A stretch of 64,000 nucleotides of DNA from NCBI GenBank assembly GCA_002171015.1, contig NHHP01000001.1, positions 4,641 to 68,640 on the forward strand, read 5' to 3'. The position numbers and the translations under genes are program-made. The first letter of the stretch is position 1. Every line of letters starts with the position of its first letter. The DNA comes from Candidatus Pelagibacter sp. TMED166. Lineage in GTDB: Bacteria; Pseudomonadota; Alphaproteobacteria; Pelagibacterales; Pelagibacteraceae. Below the pieces are notes generated by a model. That model did not search any database and was not told where the DNA came from. It saw only the letters and a program-made list of their open reading frames with translations. This document shows positions 1-10,400 of the stretch, one piece after another.

Positions 1-7
1 CCGTACT

Positions 8-27
8 ATTTATAAATGAATAATAGT
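8..27 (+). promoter_or_regulatory. conserved intergenic motif ATTTAT-WW-ATGAATAA (candidate late promoter), copy 1
   Basis: ATTTATAAATGAATAATAGT lies 9 nt upstream of the ATG at 37. The same 16/20-nt core recurs at 49812 and 57689 upstream of other virion genes. Function is inferred only. Confidence 0.3.
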
Positions 28-36
28 AGGTAAATC

Positions 37-432
37 ATGAGTATAGATTATGAGATATTTAAAGGTAAATCGTTATCATCACTATTCGAAGACATATATA
101 AAAACACAGAATACAACCGAAAACAGTTAGATATTTTAACAAAAGAGTTAGTACAATTCATAAAAGACGGTGATACCGCGGTTCAAATAGTTCCGATGAT
201 AAAAGAGTACCTTGAAATAAATGTTAAAAACGATGACCAATTAGTCAAGATGGCTGGTATAGTCCAAAGATTGATATCCACGGAAGCTAGAGCTGGTGCA
301 GAAGACGAGTTCGGTCTATCCGAGGAAGAAAAGACCCAATTGTTATCTGGTATCGAGGACACTATAAAAGATATACAAACCGAGTCAGATAAAATTCATA
401 ATAAAATAGAAAATGCCGATAGGATAAATTAA
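37..432 (+). CDS. hypothetical protein
   Basis: 131-aa ORF. Its stop overlaps the next start (TAATG at 430-434), coupling it to the baseplate block. No motif recognised. Confidence 0.6.
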   Translation: MSIDYEIFKGKSLSSLFEDIYKNTEYNRKQLDILTKELVQFIKDGDTAVQIVPMIKEYLEINVKNDDQLVKMAGIVQRLISTEARAGAEDEFGLSEEEKTQLLSGIEDTIKDIQTESDKIHNKIENADRIN

Positions 433-1403
433 TGTCAAAAATAGGATTTTTTAAAAAAGTGAATCCAACACTTGATGTACCAGTAGATACAAAGCTTAGT
501 AGATTATCCACACCATTACAGATTAGTAATTACATGAAAAAGCATCAAAAGGCTTTAGAGAGTGAATACCATGAGACAGACCGTCTTGAAGTAAAAGAGG
601 TAATTAGAAATAAACCAGGTGTGAGATTAGGAGTACGAGGTGTATTGATAAATGGTAAGTCCGATCCGGGCCTAGTGATACCAGCTCAAACCCATACCAC
701 GGTTGTCCCTTTGGTTGGTGAGCATGTCAACGTTATCGAAAGAGAGGGTGTGGTATACTTCACAGATATAACTAACAGAAAAGGTTCATTGAACGAAAAC
801 TCAATACCAGGTGTGGTCGGAGATTATAATCCAACAACACAATATGGTAAGGACTTCAAAAGACAACAAGTTCCACCGATTAATTTAGGTGAGGGTTGTA
901 TAACTCATGAGGGTCGTTTCGGTCAGACTATACATTTTGATGGGCATGACAACACACCTAAAATAAAAATATCCACACATCAATCTTCTTCATTAAGTTC
1001 TAGGGAAGAAAATATTGATGGTGATGATTCTTCTATATATTTATTATCACGAGGTATGAGAGATAAATTCGACGGTAATGCAATCGAAGGAAAAAAAGTG
1101 TTAATTCAGTCCGATGGTATATTTATTACAGGAAGAAAAGAAGTAAAAATTAACGCACCTAATTTGAGTGTGATTAACGATGAAATAAAGTTGGGTAGTA
1201 GAGACGCTATACAACCAGTGGTGTTAGGAAATGAATTGGTATCAGTAATTAAAGATTTAATTTCAGCAGTAGGTAAACTTGCTTTTGTAACAGGACCTTC
1301 ACCTGGTGCACCAGCTGGGCCTTCACCAACAAATGCTACTGTATTTTTAAATGTTCAAGCAAAATTAAATAGTATTTTAAGTAAAAAAGTAAAAACAGTA
1401 TAG
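432..1403 (+). CDS. putative baseplate hub / central spike protein (gp5/gpV-like, tentative)
   Basis: 323 aa. VVPLVGEHVNVIEREGVVYFTDI resembles the OB-fold segment of gp5/VgrG/gpV spikes, and KLGSRDAIQPVVLGNELVSVIKDLI resembles the gpV/Mu gp45 C-terminal motif. It sits two genes upstream of the gp25-like gene. Evidence is motif-level only. Confidence 0.45.
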   Translation: MSKIGFFKKVNPTLDVPVDTKLSRLSTPLQISNYMKKHQKALESEYHETDRLEVKEVIRNKPGVRLGVRGVLINGKSDPGLVIPAQTHTTVVPLVGEHVNVIEREGVVYFTDITNRKGSLNENSIPGVVGDYNPTTQYGKDFKRQQVPPINLGEGCITHEGRFGQTIHFDGHDNTPKIKISTHQSSSLSSREENIDGDDSSIYLLSRGMRDKFDGNAIEGKKVLIQSDGIFITGRKEVKINAPNLSVINDEIKLGSRDAIQPVVLGNELVSVIKDLISAVGKLAFVTGPSPGAPAGPSPTNATVFLNVQAKLNSILSKKVKTV

Positions 1404-1411
1404 GAGTTATC

Positions 1412-1861
1412 ATGACTAAAAAGCAGTTAGTAAAAATAATCCAAGAAGTTGTTCGTAGAGAAATAAAAAAAGAAGTAAACAAGATATTTATTGAAGAACA
1501 AAAAACTTCCCAAAAATTAACTGATGTTATACCAAAAGTTTCGAAGCCTCGTGAAAAAGTGAAATATACAAAAAATAAATCTTTAAATGATGTTTTGAAT
1601 GAAACCGCGGGATTGAGTAAAAAAGGTGAATTCGATGAATATCCAACCATGGGTGGTGGAGCTTTTGATTCATCTAGAATGTCTGAGTTGATGGGTTACG
1701 GTAACACCGACGAAGTGAAACGAGATATGGTTGCTGTTGATACAATCAAAAAAGCAGGTAGGTCGGTTGACCAAGTGCCAGACCATGTCACAAATGCATT
1801 GACAAGGGATTATAGTGGATTGATGAAAGCATTGGATGATAAGAAAAAAGGAATTAGGTAA
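1412..1861 (+). CDS. hypothetical protein
   Basis: 149-aa ORF with a lysine-rich N-terminal half, coupled to the next gene by TAATG. Confidence 0.6.
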   Translation: MTKKQLVKIIQEVVRREIKKEVNKIFIEEQKTSQKLTDVIPKVSKPREKVKYTKNKSLNDVLNETAGLSKKGEFDEYPTMGGGAFDSSRMSELMGYGNTDEVKRDMVAVDTIKKAGRSVDQVPDHVTNALTRDYSGLMKALDDKKKGIR

Positions 1862-2361
1862 TGTCAAGAAACGCAAGAGAAATAGACTTAGACTCAAGAA
1901 GTTATGTAGGACTATCATTTCCTTTGCGAGCGGATTCCAATAATAATTTTCAGATGACAAAAAATTCATTGGAACAATCGAGACATAATCTTAGGAATCT
2001 TCTACTAACATATCCTGGCGAAAGAGCTGGTAATCCTACTTTCGGTTCTAGATTAAGAGAAGTTTGTTTTGAACAACATGATGAATCCCTACCACAAAAA
2101 ATAGAGGATGTAATTTTGAGTTCAATCAATACTTTTTTACCTTATATAAAAGTTACAGATATAGAAACTTTGACCGATGAAAACCAAAACGAAAAAATAT
2201 TTGTAAAAATAAAATACACCACAACACTTGACCCAACTTTGAATCAAACTCTAAATTTAAACGTCACCGAAGCAACCGAGGTTGGTGGTGGACAATCATC
2301 GGGTGGTTCAGGTAGACCTAGCGGTGGTTCTGGTGGAAGCTCAGGTGGCGGAGGATACTAA
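1861..2361 (+). CDS. baseplate wedge protein, gp25/GpW family, with Gly/Ser-rich C-terminal tail
   Basis: LSFPLR...SLEQSRHNLRNLLLTYPGERAGNPTFGSRLREVCFE matches the GPW/gp25 signature (..L.T..GER...P.FGS.L....F). The tail is GGGQSSGGSGRPSGGSGGSSGGGGY. Confidence 0.8.
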   Translation: MSRNAREIDLDSRSYVGLSFPLRADSNNNFQMTKNSLEQSRHNLRNLLLTYPGERAGNPTFGSRLREVCFEQHDESLPQKIEDVILSSINTFLPYIKVTDIETLTDENQNEKIFVKIKYTTTLDPTLNQTLNLNVTEATEVGGGQSSGGSGRPSGGSGGSSGGGGY

Positions 2362-4349
2362 TGGCTAGAACAAGTGTACAGAAAGATTCGGTAAAATCTA
2401 TCAATTATTTGAATAAAGACTTCAATGATTTCAAAACAAACTTGGTTGAATTTGCAAAACAATACTTTCCAAATACCTATAATGATTTCAATGAAGCATC
2501 ACCAGGTATGTTATTTATCGAGATGGCAGCTTATGTTGGAGACGTTTTATCCTACTATATTGATTCACAATTCAGAGAGTCTTTATTGGCTTATGCCGAG
2601 GAAAAAAGAAATATTTATAATATCGCACAATCATTTGGATACAAACCAAAAACAACATCACCATCAGAGGTCGTGTTAGATGTGTTTCAAACCGTGCCAG
2701 CTTTGAACGGACTACCTGATTTTAGATATTCATTGACGATAGATGAAGGTACACAAATAAACGCTGGTTCCAATGGAACAACTTTTCGTACGTTAGAAGA
2801 TGTAAATTTTAAATTTTCAAGTTCCTATGACCCAAGAGATGTGACGATATTCGAAACCGATTCAGGTGAACCAACAAAGTTCTTGTTAAAGAAAAAGGTA
2901 AAAGCCAGAAGCGGAGAAATCACAACAGAATTTTTTGACTTCGGTACTGCTGAAAAATACACACAAGTAAGACTTTCTAATCCTGATATCATTGAAATAA
3001 TATCTTGTACAGATAGTGATGGTAATAAATGGTCTGAAGTTGATTCCTTGGCAAGAGATACTGTATTCGAAGAGATGGAAAATAACTCAGCCAATGACCC
3101 ATCGTCAGTAGGTGATAGAGAATCATCATCGTATATTTTAAAACTAAAGAAAGTTTCTAGAAGATTCACGACCGTGATAGATGAAAACGACAGAACTGTT
3201 ATGAGATTCGGTGCTGGTGTATCTGATAATCCTGATGAGGAGATTGTTCCCAATCCAACAAACGTAGGTTCGAGTCTACCGGGTAGTCCGAGTTTCTTGA
3301 CGACGGCATTCGACCCTTCAAATTTTTTAAAAACAAAAACATTTGGTTTAGCACCAGCCAATACCACGTTAACAATAGAGTATTCTTATGGTGGTGGTAT
3401 CGATGACAATGTAAATGTCGGTGATGTAAATCAACTTGGCCCGATAAGTTTTACAGTCAATGAAAATAATTTATCAGCACAACTCGTACAAGAATCAAAA
3501 GATTCCGTGAGTTTTACAAATCCAAAACCAGCAACTGGTGGTTCTTCAGGTGAAACAATCAGAGAGACGAAGGAGAATGCATTGGCTTATTTTCAATCAC
3601 AACAGAGAGCGGTCACCAAGGATGACTATATAGTTAGGGCCTATTCATTACCGCAAAAATTTGGAACTGTTGCTAAGGTTCACATGTCTCAAGATGAACA
3701 ACTAAGTAAGGTCGGAATGGCCGAGATGTTGGACAGAGAAATTATAGAATCTGATTTAGGAACTAATCTGAAAGATTTACAAGTAAATAATATACCTAAT
3801 CCTTTGGCGATGAATATGTATACCTTGGGATTTGATGGTAATAAAAAATTAACAAATTTGACTCCTACTACAAAACAAAATCTTAAAACTTATCTAAGCC
3901 AGTACAGATTGATTACCGATGCAATCAATATTAAAGATGCTTATATTATAAATATTGCGATAAAATTTGCAATATTGACTAAAATTGGTTTCAACAAAAA
4001 CGAAGTGTTGTTGAGATGTGTTTCTGTGGTACAAGATTTTTTCGATATCGATAGAATACAAATCGGACAACCTATTGTATTGGCAGATTTAGTATATGAG
4101 ATTTCTTTGGTCGATGGTGTTGCAACTGTTGTGAACCCAACGGAAAACAATCCTAGAAATCTACCGATTGTTGTAGAAAATAAATTTCAATTAGACCAAG
4201 GTTATTCAGGTAATTTCTTTGACATCAATACATCATTAAGAGGTGGAGTTTTATATCCAGCTCTCGACCCAAGTATATTTGAAGTCAAGTATCCTAATAC
4301 AGATATAAGCGGTAAAGTATTGGGTGATAACTTAGGTGTTAGGGAGTAG
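2361..4349 (+). CDS. baseplate protein, gp6 / GpJ (Baseplate_J) family
   Basis: 662 aa (T4 gp6 is about 660 aa). The N-terminal segment FNEASPGMLFIEMAAYVGDVLSYYIDSQFRES is typical of Baseplate_J proteins. It directly follows the gp25-like gene, as in T4-like and P2-like baseplate modules. Confidence 0.8.
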   Translation: MARTSVQKDSVKSINYLNKDFNDFKTNLVEFAKQYFPNTYNDFNEASPGMLFIEMAAYVGDVLSYYIDSQFRESLLAYAEEKRNIYNIAQSFGYKPKTTSPSEVVLDVFQTVPALNGLPDFRYSLTIDEGTQINAGSNGTTFRTLEDVNFKFSSSYDPRDVTIFETDSGEPTKFLLKKKVKARSGEITTEFFDFGTAEKYTQVRLSNPDIIEIISCTDSDGNKWSEVDSLARDTVFEEMENNSANDPSSVGDRESSSYILKLKKVSRRFTTVIDENDRTVMRFGAGVSDNPDEEIVPNPTNVGSSLPGSPSFLTTAFDPSNFLKTKTFGLAPANTTLTIEYSYGGGIDDNVNVGDVNQLGPISFTVNENNLSAQLVQESKDSVSFTNPKPATGGSSGETIRETKENALAYFQSQQRAVTKDDYIVRAYSLPQKFGTVAKVHMSQDEQLSKVGMAEMLDREIIESDLGTNLKDLQVNNIPNPLAMNMYTLGFDGNKKLTNLTPTTKQNLKTYLSQYRLITDAINIKDAYIINIAIKFAILTKIGFNKNEVLLRCVSVVQDFFDIDRIQIGQPIVLADLVYEISLVDGVATVVNPTENNPRNLPIVVENKFQLDQGYSGNFFDINTSLRGGVLYPALDPSIFEVKYPNTDISGKVLGDNLGVRE

Positions 4350-4353
4350 GTAG

Positions 4354-5454
4354 ATGCATTTTTTTACATTCGCAGAAAAAGATACAACTTTATATCAAGA
4401 TAGTGGAAGTCTCAATGCTGGATTGGACGAAATACTTGAGGTCAGAAAAGACGTAAGTGATACCGGTGAGTCGGTAAATGTTTCTAGGGTTCTGATTAGA
4501 TTCGACATTAGTCAGATATCCGCATCAATCGGTAACGGTACGATAACAAATCCTAGTTTTTTTCTAAATCTTTTTGATGCTAAATCAACCAATCTAGCAA
4601 CATCACAAAGTTTATTCGCCTATCCTGTAAGTCAGAGTTGGATTATGGGTGATGGTAGGTCGTATGATAATCCTAGAACAACCGAAGGTGCTAGTTTTAA
4701 CTTCAGAGATGGTGCGTCCGATGGAACTCTTTGGGAACCATCAGTCAGTGCATCGGGTTGTACATGGTTTAGCGGTAGTGGATATGAAGCGTCTCAATCT
4801 TTTGGACACAATACAATTGATGTCAGAATGGATGTCACAGATATTATGAACAAATGGTTGGAAGGGACAGTTGCCAATGATGGTTTCATCGTAAAACGAA
4901 GTGGTAGTGTTGGTAATCTAAATCCTAACTCCGACGAAGGTAGTACAACAAGGTTTGGTAATCTATCATTTTTTTCATCCGATACACATACAAAATATCC
5001 ACCAACACTAGAAACAGTTTGGGACGATTCTAGATGGTCAACAGGTTCTCTCTCACCCTTGAGTCAAACAGATATCGAGGACATGGTTGTTTATATGAAA
5101 GGACTGAGACCAGAGTATAAAGAAAATTCAAAAATAAAATTTAGATTAGTTGGTAGAGCAAGGTTTCCTGAGGCTACATATGCTACGACACCAGCGAATC
5201 TTTCGGTCAAATATCTACCTAGTGGTTCATCTTTTTATTCTATAAAGGATGCAGAAACAGATGATGTAATAGTTCCATTCGGTACTGGTTCAAGAATAAG
5301 TTGTGATTCAATCGGTAATTTTTTTAGATTAGATTTAAATGGATATCAACCTGAAAGATATTATAGATTGGAATATCGTATTCAGAGTGGTAGTGGTGTT
5401 GAAGAAACCGACCAATTTTTTGACGAGGGATTTACATTCAAGGTTACACAGTAA
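4354..5454 (+). CDS. virion structural protein, N-terminal DNRLRE-like beta-sandwich (tentative)
   Basis: 366 aa. AEKDTTLYQDSGSLNAGLDEILEV...SRVLIRFDISQI and ...DVTDIMNKWLEGTVANDGFIVK resemble the start and end signatures of DNRLRE-type domains. It lies in the baseplate block. Confidence 0.5.
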   Translation: MHFFTFAEKDTTLYQDSGSLNAGLDEILEVRKDVSDTGESVNVSRVLIRFDISQISASIGNGTITNPSFFLNLFDAKSTNLATSQSLFAYPVSQSWIMGDGRSYDNPRTTEGASFNFRDGASDGTLWEPSVSASGCTWFSGSGYEASQSFGHNTIDVRMDVTDIMNKWLEGTVANDGFIVKRSGSVGNLNPNSDEGSTTRFGNLSFFSSDTHTKYPPTLETVWDDSRWSTGSLSPLSQTDIEDMVVYMKGLRPEYKENSKIKFRLVGRARFPEATYATTPANLSVKYLPSGSSFYSIKDAETDDVIVPFGTGSRISCDSIGNFFRLDLNGYQPERYYRLEYRIQSGSGVEETDQFFDEGFTFKVTQ

Positions 5455-6062
5455 TGCCTTACACAAAAGAAGAGTTAACAAATATAGGTTTCTATACCGA
5501 GTATATAGATAAACTACGTAGAGAGTACATAGCGAAGTTAGTCGGTCGTGCTAGTGGTGAACGACCTTTCAGAGAAAACGATGTTTTATATTCATTCGAA
5601 GATATAGAAAGTAGAGAGGGTATTGAGAACGCAGATTTTGGAAATGATTTTTATTCCACTCTATATACAGCTCTAAACGGTACAAATTTAGATTACTTCA
5701 TAGAAGTCGATGAGGGGTATGCTGATTTTAGGGATTTTGTACAAGGGGAATCTTGCTCGGTACAGACCGATACTATAAAGCAAACCAACAAAGAGCGTGA
5801 ATCCGATAAACTAGTCGATAGGAAAATATCAGAACTCTTACAAGTAGAAATAGCTGACCCTTTACCAGATGGATTGGTAAACGGTGATACAATTACATCG
5901 GATAATGTTAACGACGTACGTAAGTGGTTGATTGATGGAAATCAAAAAAGACCTTTTCCTGACTTACAAAGTTTCTACGCAATCGGAGCTCAATGGAGAC
6001 AGGTAAAAACATTGACTCAGGATGTTATTGATGAGATTCCGGAAGGAGAGCCAGTAGACTAA
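5454..6062 (+). CDS. hypothetical protein (baseplate block)
   Basis: 202-aa ORF, coupled by TAATG at both ends. Confidence 0.65.
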   Translation: MPYTKEELTNIGFYTEYIDKLRREYIAKLVGRASGERPFRENDVLYSFEDIESREGIENADFGNDFYSTLYTALNGTNLDYFIEVDEGYADFRDFVQGESCSVQTDTIKQTNKERESDKLVDRKISELLQVEIADPLPDGLVNGDTITSDNVNDVRKWLIDGNQKRPFPDLQSFYAIGAQWRQVKTLTQDVIDEIPEGEPVD

Positions 6063-7495
6063 TGTCAAGTAAAATTACGGAAAAAGATAAAGAATTATTG
6101 ATAACGAACAGACCGTTTGTCTACGACGCTGTTGAGAACATTTATTTCGGTGGGTATTTCGGTAATGACTCGAATGACTACATTGAAGTCCTCATTCATG
6201 ACATAAATGATAATCTATTAGAAACATCGATTGTTGATTCCGAAGATTATAATTATGATAATATCAAAGGTGGTATAAAATTAAAAACAGGTACCATATT
6301 AAGAAAACTAGGATACGATAGAGGTAGATTCAAGGTTATTTATAATTTTCTTAGAAAAGTAGCTGGTTCATATGAAACAGTTGTCACAGACCAAGACGGA
6401 AATATTTTCAACGGAGAGGTTGATGTAAATCAGTTGGATAAGACATTATTTTTAAAGGAAAACAAGTATTTGGTTCACCAGATATCTCCATCTAGAACTG
6501 AATTAAGATTGGTTACACAAAACATCAGAGATGAATCTTACGTCAGAGACTTTTATAATTTAGCAGCTAGAAATAAAAAGGTAAAATCAGATGGAACAAA
6601 CGGAAGTCAGATAGAATTCGTTGGAACATCCGAAGATAAATCGAGTTCCACCCAACTTAGATTTGTACCAGTTCAAGGTTTAAACGAAGGTGTTTTCGAA
6701 CAGTCAATGGTGGGTGGGACTATTTCGATACCAAACTTTTTTTTGACCGATAGAATTTTCCCACAACCAGTACCTACCGCAGCCGATGTTGGGGTTGGTT
6801 CAAGTGAGGTGATAAATGAAGATATTTTTCAAGCTAGTTTTTTCTTAGATCCTGAAGCTGGGGTGAAGGCATTTAAAAACAACAATAGAGGAGAGGAAGG
6901 TGATACAAATTTTGCACCTGCTTATGCTAGGTTCAAAGATGTTTCTGATGGGGTTGGTTTGACTGGTGAAACGGTAACAATACCTTTAGTGGGAACAATA
7001 ACTGTTGGTAGTGAAGGTGTTGATTTTGAAGGTGATGGTAGAACATTGAATGATGTCAGAAACTTATCGGATAGTGAATTTAATGTTGTATATTTGAAAA
7101 GGAATGACCCTACACCCGAGATAGATATCGTTAGTAATTCTTTCATCAGAGCCGATACGACCGTAGAGTATAAATGGACAGTAACAGGATTTGATAAATA
7201 TAGTGGTGGGTTCAAAAGGATACAACCTAGACCAGATGGAGCCGATGAGGGTGGAGATTTCAGAATCGTGAACCTTGGTGATGGTTATGCTACAAGAACG
7301 GTAGGAAGTGCATTTCAAGCAATTCAAACCATACAAGGTGGTAATGCAACTTCGGATACTAATCGAGATGGTGCCAGATTAAGATTACAACTATTCAGTA
7401 AAGACTGTCACTATGGTATCAAACTAGAGATTAACGATAATACGGCGAATGATTCATCGACACTTCATTTACCAGCGATAATTGAGACACACTAA
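6062..7495 (+). CDS. hypothetical virion protein (baseplate block)
   Basis: 477-aa ORF, coupled by TAATG at both ends. No motif recognised. Confidence 0.65.
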   Translation: MSSKITEKDKELLITNRPFVYDAVENIYFGGYFGNDSNDYIEVLIHDINDNLLETSIVDSEDYNYDNIKGGIKLKTGTILRKLGYDRGRFKVIYNFLRKVAGSYETVVTDQDGNIFNGEVDVNQLDKTLFLKENKYLVHQISPSRTELRLVTQNIRDESYVRDFYNLAARNKKVKSDGTNGSQIEFVGTSEDKSSSTQLRFVPVQGLNEGVFEQSMVGGTISIPNFFLTDRIFPQPVPTAADVGVGSSEVINEDIFQASFFLDPEAGVKAFKNNNRGEEGDTNFAPAYARFKDVSDGVGLTGETVTIPLVGTITVGSEGVDFEGDGRTLNDVRNLSDSEFNVVYLKRNDPTPEIDIVSNSFIRADTTVEYKWTVTGFDKYSGGFKRIQPRPDGADEGGDFRIVNLGDGYATRTVGSAFQAIQTIQGGNATSDTNRDGARLRLQLFSKDCHYGIKLEINDNTANDSSTLHLPAIIETH

Positions 7496-10400
7496 TGGCT
7501 AGAAAACCTTACGTAGAACTACCCGATATACTAAAGCTACTACCATTAGCAGCCGAAGTTGATACCGAACCAGAAGTCGGAGGACCTGGTGGGTTACTCA
7601 ATCAGATAAAAGATTTATACATTACGGAATATATTTTACGTGATGGATGGTACGACGACGGTACGCTGGTTCCATCCAAACTTGTTCTATACGATGAACC
7701 ATTTACGGTCGAATTAAAATCCGATGTTAGATTCAATGAAGCTGATGAATTGGGGTGGGAAGTTCTACAAGATGGAGAGGTCATATTCCAAATTAGTGGA
7801 AATCGGTTACAGAGTTTTAATATTTCCGATTATGTCAATCCACAACAACTCCAACAAAATCGTATCTTCGAAGTAAGAGCCGTCATTGAACGATATAGGT
7901 TTTCTGAAGAGCGTGGTACATCCATCCTATTAGGCACTGAAGCTTTTCCAGAGGTTGCCTTTAGTTGCGTTGCACCACCAACGGATGATAATGAACTACC
8001 CTTTACACCTGTATACGAACCTTTTGTTGCTAAAATAAATAACGTTGATGGTGATACTATCGAGATAGACGTTAGTTACGATGAGCTTGTAAATAGAATA
8101 AGACCAATCACAGACGGTTCAAAGCAACCCAATGAACAATACAGCGGTTGGACAATTAATAGTAAGTTTGGTGACCGAAAAGATTTAAATACCTATGTAC
8201 ACTTCGGTGATGATAAAAGATATCTTGTTACAAATGTAAAGTATGATAATCAGGCCGTACCAACATTACCTTATTCTATAATTTATAAGACATATGAACC
8301 ACTACCAGACGACATATCGGAAAAAGATTTTGTTTATGTCGTTAGAGAGGTGTTACCACCGTTGACCGAAACTGTGGAGTTGGTTGGATACGCACAAGAA
8401 GAAGAGGAATTTCAGGTTTTAATCCCAAGAGATAATTTTCCTCAAGAGTCACCAATTACAAAAAGACAGACTGAATTTAAAACATTCAATGATTTAGTTA
8501 CATCCGAAGACCCAAGACTTAAAGATGATATTGAAGATAAATTTTTACAAGAAAAACCGGTTGAACTTAGTGTCGATTTTTCTAGATATGAGAATTTTGT
8601 CAATTTTTCATCCGCTCAACGAAGATTGGAAAATTTTAAATATAAGATTGAACAAATAGAAAAAGAGACCCAATTGAGTTCATCGTTCGTTGGTGTGACT
8701 AATGCTGATGTTGATTTAAATATACATCATAATAAAATACGTGATATAAAAAATAATTTTGATGGTTACGAAAATTATCTTCACAACATTCAATCATCTT
8801 ACGTGACTAGCTCCTTGGGACAATTTTTTGACGCGTCTTGGCCAAAGACCGGTAGTGGAACCTATGAAGACCCTTTCAAACCTGTTAGTTCTTCATCTAG
8901 TGAATTTACAAGTTGGTATGGTTCGATATCTAGTAAAACTGGTCAAATCTATAGTGCGTCATTTTACGATACCAATAACGGTAATAGGTTGGTCAATTTA
9001 CTTCCTGACCATATAAGAACAAATAATTCAAACACACAATTCTTAGATTTTATGGATATGGCCGGACAACATTTCGATGAACTTTGGTCTTATATAAAAT
9101 CACTATCTGATATTACCGATAGACGATTAGATTTAGGTGATGGTTTTTCAAAAGATTTAGTATTCAATATCGCTAAGTCTTTGGGTTGGAACACACAAGA
9201 TGGTAAGGATTTATTGGATTTAAGTAGATTTGGATTCGGTAGAAAACTGAGTGGTGATTCGTATTCTCTGTACACTTCTGGTTCTTTAGATTCACCTATT
9301 GAAGCCGATGTATCAAAAGAAATAGTAAAAAGATTAATAGCTAGTATGCCGTTCATCCTCAAAACCAAAGGTACGAAAGCTTCCATAAAAGCTATATTGA
9401 ATTGTTACGGTATACCATCAACGATACTACAAATCAGAGAGTACGGTGGTGTTGACGCCAAGGTACAGAGAGCACCATTTGAAACAAAAAGAAGATTTAC
9501 AAGAGCACTTGGTTTTAGAGGTACGCAACATGTCACAAGTAGTTGGGCTGACGATAGTGATACAAGTAGAAAACCTGAGACCGTCGAATTAAGATTCAGG
9601 TCCGTCAATAGTTCCGACCAAGTTCTTATTCAGAAAGATAATAATTGGGCAATAAAATTAAAAGATAACGGAGCAACGGATAATCTCGGTACTGTTTCAT
9701 TCGTATTATCTGGTTCTTCAGGTAATTTAGAAGTAAGTTCTTCACTACTACCTGTTTATGATGGTGAATTTTACTCATTGATGTTGAAAAAAGAAAAAGT
9801 CGATATAGAGCTATTTAAACATCCGTCGTTTGAAACAAGTAGTTTGTTCAACCCACCGTTCGAATCAGGCTCGACAAGTGCAGTCGGTGGAAATATTGAG
9901 ATTGTTAGTAGTTCAGGTGTGTCGAGAACAGGTACAAAAGCATTACAACATAGGAACACTTATCAAAAAGGAAGTGGACAAACATCCTATACCTTAAATT
10001 TTAGATCTGGTTCACAACCAGCATCGGTAGCTTCTATCAGTCAAGGTGAGACATATATATTCTCTGCCTTTGGTAAGGCGTCAGGTAGCACTGTTGATTC
10101 AGTTGGTGGTTTATCTGTATTTGAATTAGACTCGAATGAAAACGTTATAAATTGGGAAGATGATGTTGATTCATCACAAATCTCAATCACATCATTGGGT
10201 GGTATAAAAAGGTCAGAACCGATTGGACTTGTTGAAGATGAATGGAAAAAAATTACTGTCAAAAAGACAATAAGATTTCCAAACGCGGCAAAATTAGGTA
10301 TCCGATTTGAAAATAGAAAAGCTGGGTCAACAATTTATTGGGATGATGTGTCGTTGAAAAAAGCTTCAACTAATACGGATGAAATTGGTGACGGATTCTC

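Noticed and set aside
2825-3367. Minus-strand ORFs in the track that lie wholly inside long + strand genes. Examples: 1336..1650, 2825..3367, 30399..30857, 32364..32966, 34515..35078, 36978..37592, 38427..38732, 54934..55389.
   Set aside because: Each is antisense to a + strand ORF with recognisable family motifs or strong repeat structure. Their products are low-complexity (Ser/Pro/Leu-rich mirror images of Gly/Ser/Asp/Glu-rich coding sequence). They have no Shine-Dalgarno sites and no coupling to neighbours.
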